From: a cyanobacterium endosymbiont of Rhopalodia gibba
GTDB taxonomy: Bacteria; Cyanobacteriota; Cyanobacteriia; Cyanobacteriales; Microcystaceae
Direction of reading: 5' to 3'
DNA length: 64,000 nucleotides
NCBI GenBank assembly: GCA_045159875.1
Contig: CP067995.1
Coordinates: forward strand, 1,696,001 to 1,760,000
How positions within the stretch are numbered: position 1 is the stretch's first letter; the number at the start of each line of letters is the position of its first letter. The position numbers and the translations under genes were made by a program. This document shows, piece by piece, positions 34,367-44,386 of this stretch. The notes below the pieces were generated by a model. The model ran no database searches, was not told the origin of the DNA, and saw only the letters and a list, made by a program, of their open reading frames with translations.

Positions 34367-35242
34367 TCATTTATGATAGAAGCGAATTCCTAGAAAGACA
34401 TCATATAAAAAACTCCAGAAATTTTTTCCTTCGAACAGACCTAGAGATTGCTCACACCCCTTAGCGTCTAAAAGAAGTTTAGTGGCATTATAGGCTGATT
34501 CATACTTGTACCAAGGAATAGATGGCCATAAGTGATGAACTAAGTGATAGTTTTGTCCAAAAATCATTAGGTTTACAATAGAATTAGGGTAAACTCTTGC
34601 ATTCTTCCAGCGATCGCGTTCTTTGAAAGGACGATGGGGAAGATAGTCAAAAAATAAACCCAAAGCAATTCCCACTACCAAAGCAGGAACAAACCAAAAG
34701 TGCATTAAGTAATCGATAAATCCGAAATGAATACCCAGAAAAATTCCCGTAAATACAAATAGTCTGCTTACAAACCATTCCAATAATTCATACTTGTGCC
34801 ACAAACTACGTTTGAAGAAAAAAACTTCGTGATAGAAGAAACGAGCAGCAATCATCCACAGAGGTCCTCCGGTGGAGACAAAATGATCAGGATCATTATC
34901 AGGATCATTAACATGAGCATGATGTTGTAGATGTACCCGTGTAAATACGGGAAAGACAAACCCTAACATTAGCGCACTACCGTGCCCCAAAATGGCATTG
35001 AAAATTCGATTATTATGAGCCGCATTATGGGAGGCGTCGTGAATAACTGTTCCTGACAAATGAAGAGCGAGAACATTAGAAAAAAAACAAATCCAATTAG
35101 ACCATCCCCATAACCAATAACCGCACGTTGAAAGACTAATCAGTAAGAATGCGCTAAAAAACATCAAGACATTAGGGTTGAATCCACCTGGTGTTCTGAG
35201 ATATTCTTTGGGGACTGTCAGCGGGGTCTGCTCCGACTGCAT
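34367..35242 (-). CDS. crtR: Beta-carotene hydroxylase
   Basis: HDASH, HLQHH, DPDNDPDHFVSTGGPLW, FFDYLPHRPF, NYHLVHHLWP histidine boxes. Confidence 0.95.
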   Translation of the reverse strand: MQSEQTPLTVPKEYLRTPGGFNPNVLMFFSAFLLISLSTCGYWLWGWSNWICFFSNVLALHLSGTVIHDASHNAAHNNRIFNAILGHGSALMLGFVFPVFTRVHLQHHAHVNDPDNDPDHFVSTGGPLWMIAARFFYHEVFFFKRSLWHKYELLEWFVSRLFVFTGIFLGIHFGFIDYLMHFWFVPALVVGIALGLFFDYLPHRPFKERDRWKNARVYPNSIVNLMIFGQNYHLVHHLWPSIPWYKYESAYNATKLLLDAKGCEQSLGLFEGKNFWSFLYDVFLGIRFYHK

Positions 35243-35678
35243 TTGTTGCTTACTCCTTCGTTAGGGTAATATCTATCCTTTAGATAGTCCGCAAGACCAC
35301 CTCATTTTAATAAAGACTTGTAGTATTATGGCATCTTTATAAAATAAGGGACGAACAATCACTGATCATAAAACATAATCTTTAAGAGGATACCGTTTCA
35401 TTATGTTTTGCTCATATTTTTTCTACCGATAGAAAAAATATTCTATACAGTTTAACTTTCACCTCTGAAATAGATTGAGTTTTAAGTAGGTTCCAACGAA
35501 CAATTTTTCTTATATCGACGCTTTATTCAAAAGAATTCAACAATAAAAGTAATTTTCTAAAATTATTTAAATAGGCAGCAAATTAATTAATTTTTAAAAT
35601 TGCTCTCATGTCTCGTAAGATTATTATGATCTCTTTAAGAGACTGATATTATACTAGAAATAGTCATTCGATTGTTAA

Positions 35679-36266
35679 TTGACAATGCCTCTAAATTTCC
35701 GTTCTAGTTACTCCTCTGAGTCGATGGTGATAGAAAAAGACAGTCCTCCGAACTTTACAGGCTTTAATTTATTACCTTCTCACTTGAGAAGACATTGCCG
35801 TTACTTATATTTACGGTTCCGTCGGTTACAGGGAACTCCACATTTCATAGCGCGAGGATTAGCCTGTGGAGTGTTTGCCGGGTGTTTTCCTTTGTTGGGG
35901 CTTCAAACTATTATGGGGGTTTTGCTGGCAGTTATTTTTCAGGGTAATAAATTCGCTGCAGCTGTCGGAACTTGGATTAGTAATCCTTTAACTTATGTTC
36001 CTGTTTTCGCTTTCAATTATAAAGTAGGTGAGTTTTTATTATTGGGGTTTCAAAATACAGTTTTACAAATAGATTTACAACAAAATTGGCAATCCTGGTC
36101 AACGTTAATAGAATTAGGTTTTGATTTTGTCTTCACACTTTTTTTGGGATGCTTAATTGTTGGTATATTTTGTTCTTTTGTTAGTTATTTTTTGAGTTTA
36201 AAGTTGTTTTTTTTTGGCAGAAATCACGTCAATTTACCAATCGTCAATAACAATCACCGAATTTAA
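35679..36266 (+). CDS. DUF2062 membrane protein
   Basis: GTPHFIARGLACGVFAGCFP..GLQT, GTWISNPLTYVP. The C-terminus may be frameshifted at a T9 run. Confidence 0.85.
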   Translation: MTMPLNFRSSYSSESMVIEKDSPPNFTGFNLLPSHLRRHCRYLYLRFRRLQGTPHFIARGLACGVFAGCFPLLGLQTIMGVLLAVIFQGNKFAAAVGTWISNPLTYVPVFAFNYKVGEFLLLGFQNTVLQIDLQQNWQSWSTLIELGFDFVFTLFLGCLIVGIFCSFVSYFLSLKLFFFGRNHVNLPIVNNNHRI

Positions 36267-36522
36267 GATAAACAATTATAGATTAGTCCGACTAAAAATT
36301 GCCTGTCTTAATTGAAATCACTAAGAATTGACAAACTAATTTTCACATTAAAAATTATCATTCTTCTAGAAGAAAAACAAAAAAGGTTAATTCCATTTTT
36401 TGGGAAAAATATTTTCAACAAAAAGTAGCGATCTGATAACCCAGTCTGAAGATTGAGTTAAAAATTGATTACAACAAAGTAAAATTAACGGTCAACTAAT
36501 CAGTAATTTCCCAGATAAAAGC

Positions 36523-36747
36523 ATGACAAAACATGAAAAAAAAATTCACAAAGTACTAGGGCAAACAATAGGAGAGATAATGACTAGTAAACCCATATCA
36601 GTTCAATTCTCTCAATCTCTACGTGAAGCTGCCTACATTATGCACAATAAGAAAATTGGCAGTTTACCAGTAGTTAATAACGAAGGAGATAAAGTAATTG
36701 GCTTGTTAACTCAACAAGATATTATTCGTTCAATAGTTCAACATTAG
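36523..36747 (+). pseudogene. C-terminal half of a CBS-pair protein; 5' half eroded
   Basis: HEKKIHKVLGQTIGEIMTSKPISV..SLREAAYIMHNKKIGSLPVV..VIGLLTQQDIIR is a single CBS domain. The upstream frame is closed. Confidence 0.7.
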
Positions 36748-36911
36748 CTTAATAGATTAATCTGGATTAAAATAATCATTTCAAATCTGTGCAAAAAATA
36801 CTCAATCGACATCGAAAACAATTCCCCCCAGGCTTAACTTTTGACCTAGTATTAGGTGACTCGATTAAACTAAAACTCTAAAAGAGAAACTTCAAATAAA
36901 GACTATTTTTT

Positions 36912-37210
36912 TCAAAAATATTTCCAGTAGTGTTATTGAAAACTACATTCAACGAGTTACTGAATTAAGTCAATCGAGTCAGCGTATTCCCACAATGGGA
37001 GAAGTGGAAAAAATTGCGGCAGAATTAGGTATTGAACCTGATGGAATTGAAAATGATCAGTGTTATAAAGCTACTGTCAGTAAGCTCTACAGTCATATGA
37101 ATCAATTGAAACGACAATTGGCTAATATACAACAAAAAATACTTGAGATGGAAAAACCTAAACCAAATAAACTAACCCCTAAATCCTTTCCTTACATTAC
37201 AATTCCCTAG
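36912..37210 (+). pseudogene. Truncated fragment of a conserved cyanobacterial hypothetical protein
   Basis: VIENYIQRVTELSQSSQRIPTMGEVEKIAAELGIEP reads open upstream of the called Met with no ATG. Ends next to mobile-element debris. Confidence 0.45.
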
Positions 37211-37229
37211 GTCTAATATTTCTTCAGAT

Positions 37230-37535
37230 CCCGCGCAAGAAGCCCTACGCCATAAACAAACGAGTCTAGTTTACACGTGGAAACGAAACAGGCTACAAAA
37301 TTAAAGAGCAAACTCCATTGCTCTAATCGGTGGGAACACGTGCACATAAGTTTAACTGGACAGTCAACCATGCTAAGAAGTTCGAAACTAGTAAAAAAAA
37401 TTTTCTGGTGGTTAAAAACTGATACATTCACAGTCAATAAATGGTGGGTAGTACTTACTTATAAAGTAAGTAGGAAGTGGTAGATAAATGGTAATACTTT
37501 TTAAACAGGTGAGCTTGAATAAGTATGGTAGAGAA
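37230..37535 (+). mobile_element. Possible 5' (domain I) remnant of a group II intron
   Basis: Relatively GC-rich non-coding block with stems (GTCTAGTTT..AAACAGGC; TACTTACTT-ata-AAGTAAGTA at 37452-72). Strings CAAGAAGCCCTACGCC and CACAGTCAATAAATGG resemble cyanobacterial intron 5' regions as I recall them. No RT ORF and no domain V seen. Confidence 0.35.
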
Positions 37536-37551
37536 AAAGAGATAGTACTAT

Positions 37552-37830
37552 ATGTTGTCAGCTTATCTAGAAAATTAGATTGACAGCATTAAAAGAGGAA
37601 GAAATATCACAGTTAACTTACGCCCCACAAATTCTTTCTCCAATGAGAATAAAATCAGAGATTTTATGTTTAAACGCAAGAAGATTAAAAGTTAAAGAGA
37701 TTGTATCCTGAGTGTAACTGTTAGAAAATACAATTAGAACAACAATTTCTAGATAGATTTTTTAAGGAACAGAAAAATCATGAGGTTTTCCGAGAGTTAG
37801 AATAATAAAGAAGGTCATACCGAACTGATA
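37552..37830 (+). mobile_element. IS630-family transposase N-terminal HTH remnant
   Basis: KIRLTALKEEEISQL..MRIKSEILCLNARRLKVKEIVS*V*LLENTIRTTISR*IF*GTEKS*GFPR, with stops at positions where this family has Trp. Confidence 0.6.
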
Positions 37831-37853
37831 ATGTAAGATTAACTAGTAACATG

Positions 37854-38048
37854 CTAAGTCAAGAAACTTCTAAAGTTAAAATCGACGGAGTTCCTGAATG
37901 TATAAGCTCTCCCTTTAATCAACTTCAGTTCATTGTTAATTTTTTTTACTGTTTCTTGGTAAAAATAGGCAGTAATTTCTCTAGCTAAAAATTTAACACC
38001 CAATCTTTCTAAAGCCTTTCTGGCAGAATAAATAAGTTTTTTTGACAT
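37854..38048 (-). mobile_element. ISL3-family transposase C-terminal remnant
   Basis: EITAYFYQETVKKINNELKLIKGRAYTFRNSVDFNFRSFLT matches the ISL3 terminus (..YF..EGINNKLKLIKRRAYGFRNF.NF..R). Confidence 0.75.
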
Positions 38049-38386
38049 AAATTCAGATAATTACAATAGTATTTATATATAGTCTAAATTTTTCTTAAAG
38101 ATTATTTTTAATTTCTCTTTTAATTAATCTATTTTTGAGGAAATTAGTTGCATTTTATATATCTAGTTTAATCTGTTCTCTTTTTTAGAAGAAATTATTA
38201 AGCATAAGATGCTGGAATAACTGATAGCCTTCACTTTACTCTTTGATTACTTATTTTTTAGCCATAATAATGGTACTAATATTCTTATATTGTATTAAGG
38301 TTATTGTAAAATCATAAAAACAAGTTAAGATTCCTAAATCTTCTGAATATCATCTTTTTGCTTGTTATCTAAAAAAACACTGAGAT

Positions 38387-40312
38387 TTAGCTGTCTCGTT
38401 CTGCTAATTCTAGCCATCTTCCAGTAGCTGTCTCAATAGATTCAATCAATTGAGCTAGTTCTTCTGTTAACTCTTGCATTTTAGTAAAATCACTAGGAGG
38501 ACCATCGTACAGTATTTGTTCAAGTTTTTCTTTTTTAGCTTCTAATTCTGGAATTCTTTCTTCGAGTTTTTTATATTCGTGTTTCTCACTAAAAGACAGC
38601 TTACGAGATTGACTAAACTTTGATTGTTTTGAAAAAACTTCTTTTTTCCTAGTTTTAGCTTCTTGTTTTTTATTTTCTTTATATTCTTCTTTACCTTGTT
38701 CTTCCTGAGCTTTTTTATAATCTAGGTAAATAGAATAATTTCCTGGATACTGACGAATATTTCCATCAGGTTCTAGAGAAAAAATAGTCCCGATAGTACG
38801 GTCAAGAAAATAGCGATCATGAGACACTACAATCACACAACCATTAAATTCCTCTAAATATTCTTCTAAAACTGCCAACGTTTGTACATCAAGATCATTT
38901 GTCGGTTCGTCTAAAATCAAAACATTGGGCGAACTCATCAAAATTTTTAGCAAAAATAATCGCCGTTTCTCTCCTCCAGAAAGTTTATGGATGGGTGCAT
39001 ATTGTTGATCCGGTGGAAATAAAAATCGTTCTAACATTTGAGAAACAGTAATCACATTCCCGTCGGCAGTTTTAACTAGCTCAGCTACACCTCTGAGATA
39101 ATCGATTACCCGTTGATTTTCATTAACAATCAAATCTTCAGAATGTTGATCAAAATAGCCAAGATGAACGGTCGATCCAATATCTACTGTCCCTGAATCC
39201 GGGGTAACATGACCCATAATAATACTCATCAGAGTAGATTTGCCCGCTCCATTGGGTCCAATAATCCCTACCCGATCTTCTGGACCAAAAATATAAGTAA
39301 AATTTTTAATTAAAGTGCGCTCACCGTAGGATTTACTAATTTCTTTTAGTTCAATAACTTTTTTGCCAATTCGACGACTAATTGTAGAAATATTTACCTT
39401 ATTTTGAGCTTGCTTATATTCTTTCTCTTGCATCTCTTTAATGCGGTCAATTCTAGCTTTTTGTTTAGTACTTCTAGCTTTTGGTCCTTGCTTAAGCCAT
39501 TCTAATTCCCTTTGTAAGATTCCTGCTTGTTTGCGTTGACTACTTAATTCGGATACTTGGGCCTCAATTTTTTTTTGCAGATAATAGCTATAATTACCAG
39601 CGTAACTATAAAGAGCTCCCTGATCAACCTCTAAGATACGATTGGTTACCCTATCGAGAAAGTAACGGTCATGGGTGATTAGTAATAAAGCTCCTTGATA
39701 GTGAGCCAAATAACTCTGTAACCATTCTACTGACAGAGCATCAAGATGGTTAGTCGGTTCATCCATCAGTAGAACATCAGGGTTAGACAACAGGGCTGAT
39801 GCTAGAGTAATACGCTTACGATAACCACCTGATAAATTAGCAATTCTGTCCCCAAAATTTTCAATTCCCAGTTGACTTAAAATAATTTTAGCATTGGTTT
39901 CCATCTCCCAAGCCTTCAGTGCATCAATGCGTTGACTGACACTTGATAACTGGGCCATTAGGGTGTTTATCTCTTTTGGTTGGTGTGCTAGTTGATGAGA
40001 GAGTTGCTCATACTCCTGAACTAACTTCATTTGTTCTCCACAGTCAGTAAAGACTTGCTCTAAGACTGTGAGGTTTCCATCTAGGTTAGGTTGTTGGGGC
40101 AAATAGACAATTTTGGCTCCAGCATTAATCCAAACATCTCCCGCATCAGCTGGTTCCAGCTGAGCAATGATTTTAAGCAAAGTGGATTTACCAGAACCAT
40201 TTGTTCCAATTAACCCAACTTTGTCTCTTTCATTGAGGCTAAAGCTGATATCCTTAAAGATTTCTTTGATGCCAAAGTTTTTTCTCAGTGCTCGCAGGGT
40301 AAAAATGGTCAT
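38387..40312 (-). CDS. ABC-F family ATPase (Uup-like)
   Basis: Two ABC cassettes (GTNGSGKST, GPNGAGKST, LSGG, DEPTN, HDRYFLD), no TM segments, C-terminal coiled coil KLSFSEK..RWLEL. ATG at 40312 preferred. Confidence 0.93.
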   Translation of the reverse strand: MTIFTLRALRKNFGIKEIFKDISFSLNERDKVGLIGTNGSGKSTLLKIIAQLEPADAGDVWINAGAKIVYLPQQPNLDGNLTVLEQVFTDCGEQMKLVQEYEQLSHQLAHQPKEINTLMAQLSSVSQRIDALKAWEMETNAKIILSQLGIENFGDRIANLSGGYRKRITLASALLSNPDVLLMDEPTNHLDALSVEWLQSYLAHYQGALLLITHDRYFLDRVTNRILEVDQGALYSYAGNYSYYLQKKIEAQVSELSSQRKQAGILQRELEWLKQGPKARSTKQKARIDRIKEMQEKEYKQAQNKVNISTISRRIGKKVIELKEISKSYGERTLIKNFTYIFGPEDRVGIIGPNGAGKSTLMSIIMGHVTPDSGTVDIGSTVHLGYFDQHSEDLIVNENQRVIDYLRGVAELVKTADGNVITVSQMLERFLFPPDQQYAPIHKLSGGEKRRLFLLKILMSSPNVLILDEPTNDLDVQTLAVLEEYLEEFNGCVIVVSHDRYFLDRTIGTIFSLEPDGNIRQYPGNYSIYLDYKKAQEEQGKEEYKENKKQEAKTRKKEVFSKQSKFSQSRKLSFSEKHEYKKLEERIPELEAKKEKLEQILYDGPPSDFTKMQELTEELAQLIESIETATGRWLELAERDS

Positions 40313-40354
40313 GGAAATAATGTTTTGGAGAGAGCAAGATATCCCCACTTATAA

Positions 40355-40573
40355 TTATTCTTCATCCCACGCCTCTACATTCAGGACTTCGCTGACAGGG
40401 TCTTTCATGGTAAATTCAAACTCTAAAAGTTCTCCTTTCCAATAACCCCATTGATCGCCATAAAGGAGGGCGAGTTTCCATAAACTATCGTTCGGTTTAA
40501 GCACTTTGGACTCCACGAGTGAAGCGACTTTACGCTGAAACTTCACCATGGGATGGGTCACTTGTTGCGTCAT
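40355..40573 (-). CDS. DUF4327 family small cyanobacterial protein
   Basis: HPMVKFQRKVASLV..LKPNDSLWK..WGYWKGELLEFEF..AWDEE. Confidence 0.85.
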   Translation of the reverse strand: MTQQVTHPMVKFQRKVASLVESKVLKPNDSLWKLALLYGDQWGYWKGELLEFEFTMKDPVSEVLNVEAWDEE

Positions 40574-40800
40574 AGACTCAATTAACTTGCATTTACTAAA
40601 TTTTACAAATACTCGCTGGGTTATGCTTCTTGTGTGTGGTTATAAATTAGTGTTGCTGTATAGACTCAGATAAACAGACGGATTATATAGAGAAGCAGTC
40701 CTCGTGTTTCTAGTTGTAGCTTATCTGTTTAATTTTTGCAAGGGATTTCGGGCTAATGTACGGGAATTACTACCACCATTAAGACTTACTAACTTAAAAC

Positions 40801-41697
40801 TTACCTGACTCTAGAGTTCGATGCAACCAACATCGAGCCAATCCCCTTATCAGTGAATATTTCTAATAATAGGGCGTGAGGGAATCGCCCGTCAATAATA
40901 TGAGCAGCTCTTACTCCTTGAGCAAGTGACCGCACGCAACAATTAACCTTAGGAATCATCCCACCTGCTACAATACCCTGACTAATTAATTCTCTAGCCT
41001 GTTGAATATCCAATTTAGTCAATAAGGTAGAGGAATCCTTACAATCTTGGAGAATTCCTCGAGTATCGGTGAGTAAAATTAATTTTTCTGCTCCTAAAGA
41101 TGCGGCTATCTCACCAGCCACTGTATCGGCATTGATATTATGTACTTGTCCTTTCTGATCAGCGGCTACACTCGAAATCACTGGAATATAGCCACTATTG
41201 ATCAAAGCATTAACAATTCTTGTATCGACTTGATTGACTTCACCAACAAATCCAACACCTTCTGTGCCAACGTGACGAGCCTTAATTAAATTACCATCTT
41301 TGCCACACAGTCCAACCGCTTGACCACCAGCCTGGTTAATTAGGGCAACTAATTCTTTATTGACTCGGCCAACTAACACCATTTCTACCACATCCATGGT
41401 AGCTGCATCTGTCACGCGCAACCCGTCTTTAAATTGGGGTTCAATGCCCAGTTTTCCTAGCCAAGTATTAATTTCGGGACCGCCACCATGAACAACAACA
41501 GGATGAACACCAACACAAGCTAAAAAGACAATATCACGGATAATTTTATCTTTAAGGTAACTGTCCTTCATCGCAGCACCACCATACTTAACAACGACAG
41601 TTCGTCCAGTAAATTGTTGGATGTAGGGAAGAGCTTCACTAAGAACTCGGACGCGGGTAGCCTCTACTTCTCCAACATACTCATTTTCGACACTCAT
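40801..41697 (-). CDS. argB: Acetylglutamate kinase
   Basis: [50 protein letters not shown]. Confidence 0.97.
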   Translation of the reverse strand: MSVENEYVGEVEATRVRVLSEALPYIQQFTGRTVVVKYGGAAMKDSYLKDKIIRDIVFLACVGVHPVVVHGGGPEINTWLGKLGIEPQFKDGLRVTDAATMDVVEMVLVGRVNKELVALINQAGGQAVGLCGKDGNLIKARHVGTEGVGFVGEVNQVDTRIVNALINSGYIPVISSVAADQKGQVHNINADTVAGEIAASLGAEKLILLTDTRGILQDCKDSSTLLTKLDIQQARELISQGIVAGGMIPKVNCCVRSLAQGVRAAHIIDGRFPHALLLEIFTDKGIGSMLVASNSRVR

Positions 41698-42541
41698 AAT
41701 CGATTACTCATTTGTTAACGTGGCTAGATTAATAGTTTAGAGGAAAAAGTAGCTAACCCCAAGTGTTGTAACAGTGAATCGTAAACTTTTTTACCTAATA
41801 ATAAGGTTGATGTTTAGTGTTGGAGATTGTAGGAAAGAACTTGACTTAGCCATTCTGTCAAAAATTTAATTTTTCTAGGGAACATTATTATCTGTTTTGT
41901 TCGTCTCTAATTAGTGTTTTTCTAAACGAGAACATCGTGGATAAGAGATTGATTTTGAGTCTAAAATGATACAGATTAGACTTCAAAAGTTTTACTACGA
42001 TATTACTACTGCAAAAATACGGGACAGAACGTAAATTGTCACAAAAATCTATAGTCTTAAACTAGATTTTTGACATCAGCCTTTATAATAAAAACATCTT
42101 GGTCTGTTGTCTGGTGATACGTTCAACTGATATTCTAGGACATTCTCTTTTAGACAATTAAGGACAAGAACGTAAAACCAAGTGTCTTTTCGATTAATTT
42201 TAGGTGGTGTGAGATGTTAGAGCGTTTGCTATTAGCTAGCACAGTAACGTGTTTGTTATACTTTTCTGTTCAAGTAGGTCGATCTTCGGTGAATCCAACA
42301 CAGACTAATCATCCCTTTGGGTATATAAAGTTTGAGAGCTCTTCCCTGCTGACCTCTCGGAGAGCGTAAGCCAGTTTTGCAGTCTCTAAGCTAGATTCTG
42401 TCTTCGGTTAGTTCATTAATAAAATCATTGTTTAATTCATGATAACAGCTGGTGGGGGGAGAACTTCACTAATCCAATCTAGGTTTTATAGTTGAGTTGG
42501 TCTTTGAGAAGCATCTCCCTTCCCCAAAATGTCAGTGTTGA

Positions 42542-44224
42542 CTACAGAGATGTTTTTAAAGAATCAAAATCAGGAAGACAATTGTTGTTTATGTAGTCAA
42601 TGTATCTCTCTTTTTCTTGACGACATTTATTTTCGTCCCAACCACAATGTCGACTCAAAGTCTCCGTAAGACTCGGCAGTAAATCGATTCCATAATCAGA
42701 GTGCATAGCAAGAGTGGTACGACGACGCATAATGTCTACTAAAGTGTAAGCTAGTTCATGACGGACTGCATAAACAATTTGAGCTTTGATATCAGGAAGT
42801 TCAGGAACAATGACTGTAGCCAAATCCGGTTCTGAGTCTATTAAACCTAAAACATCTAGTGTTTTTGATCCATACATGCAGAATAAATGATCAATGGTCT
42901 GGTTCGAAACTCGATCACGATATTCTGTTAAAACTTGTTGCACACGGGAATCACCAGGTAGAATCCAGCCTGGAAGAGGTTTATCTTGTGTCGAACAAGG
43001 GGGAATAGGTTTTCCTTGTTGCTTAAAGACCATATCAACCACTTCTTTGCCCACTTGGCGATAAGTAGTTAATTTTCCTCCAATTAAAGAAATTAGGTTA
43101 GTTACTCCTTCTTTAGTGTGACGAAAAAGAATGTGTTTGCGGGTAATACTCCCGGCTTGTTTACTTTCAAGGTTAGGGAGAGGACGTACTCCTGAATAAG
43201 TAAATTTTATGTCTTTGCGCGAAAGTTGGGCGTTAGGAATAATGTTGTTAGTTTCCCTCAATAAATAGTCAATTTCATCATCGTCGGCTTTGAATTTATC
43301 GAGATTCCCTTGAAATTTTTGATCGGTAGTTCCAATCAAATACATCCTGTCCCAAGGCACAATAAAGAAAGGACGACCATCAGACTTAGCTTCTACATAA
43401 AGACTAGTATTGGGTGCTCCAACAAAGGGGTTAACTACAATATGGCTACCTTTTGTTCCACCAATTTTCTTTGTTTTACCAATGGGAGCCTCTTTACTAT
43501 CTTTCATCCCCAACTGACAGACATGATCAACCCAAGGACCTGCCGTGTTAATCACTATCGACTTGTCATGACCATTAACGATGAATTCCTGGTCTGTCCA
43601 ATAGTCTTTACAGGTTAAAGATGTAATTCTATTGTCTTGACGGTGTAAGTGAATCACTTCAACGTAACTAAGAACCGTCGCTCCAGCTGCTTTAGCCGAG
43701 AGAATGTTTTCTAAACACAATCTTTCCGCATAAGTTACTTGAGCATCATAATACTGAGCTCCTCCAGCTAATCCATTTGGATCAATAGAAGGAAAAAGTT
43801 GTTTAAATTGGGCAGGAGGTAACATCCTATGAGGAAGAAGTGTTTTGTCCGCACTGAAAATATCATAGAGTATCATTCCCGCCCAAATCTTCCAATAGGG
43901 ACGAGAGCGATCACGGTAGATGGGAATAGTTAATAGTAAAGGTTTAACTAGATGAGGGGCAGTATGAAGAAGAATTTCTCGTTCTTTTAGGGATTCTCTC
44001 ACTAGGGAAAATTCAAAGTATTCTAGGTAGCGCAACCCTCCGTGAATCAAACGGGTTGACCAGCTAGAGGTTCCACAAGCAAAATCCCCCTTCTCGATGA
44101 GAATCGTTTTTAATCCTCGTAAAGCAGCATCTCGAGCTACGCCGGCACCATTCACACCGCCACCGATGACAATTAAGTCGTAGGTCGTTTGTTGAATTTC
44201 ATTAAAATCTTGCATGATCATCAT
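42542..44224 (-). CDS. glpD: FAD-dependent glycerol-3-phosphate dehydrogenase
   Basis: VIGGGVNGAGVARDAALRG, GTSSWSTRLIHGGLRYLE, GPWVD, GTTD, GVRPL, GGKLTTYR. Confidence 0.95.
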   Translation of the reverse strand: MMIMQDFNEIQQTTYDLIVIGGGVNGAGVARDAALRGLKTILIEKGDFACGTSSWSTRLIHGGLRYLEYFEFSLVRESLKEREILLHTAPHLVKPLLLTIPIYRDRSRPYWKIWAGMILYDIFSADKTLLPHRMLPPAQFKQLFPSIDPNGLAGGAQYYDAQVTYAERLCLENILSAKAAGATVLSYVEVIHLHRQDNRITSLTCKDYWTDQEFIVNGHDKSIVINTAGPWVDHVCQLGMKDSKEAPIGKTKKIGGTKGSHIVVNPFVGAPNTSLYVEAKSDGRPFFIVPWDRMYLIGTTDQKFQGNLDKFKADDDEIDYLLRETNNIIPNAQLSRKDIKFTYSGVRPLPNLESKQAGSITRKHILFRHTKEGVTNLISLIGGKLTTYRQVGKEVVDMVFKQQGKPIPPCSTQDKPLPGWILPGDSRVQQVLTEYRDRVSNQTIDHLFCMYGSKTLDVLGLIDSEPDLATVIVPELPDIKAQIVYAVRHELAYTLVDIMRRRTTLAMHSDYGIDLLPSLTETLSRHCGWDENKCRQEKERYIDYINNNCLPDFDSLKTSL

Positions 44225-44386
44225 TGCCTTGTTTCTAGATTTTTCAAGAACAATTCTTGGTTAGATTGGCGACTAACGACTCTTTCTGTGTGTCCTTTAA
44301 AAAAGAGAAAATAACTCAAAATCAACAAAAGACTTCCTAGATTAAACCAGGTTGTTTTTTCTAGGTGATCCTCAACTCAATAGAGG

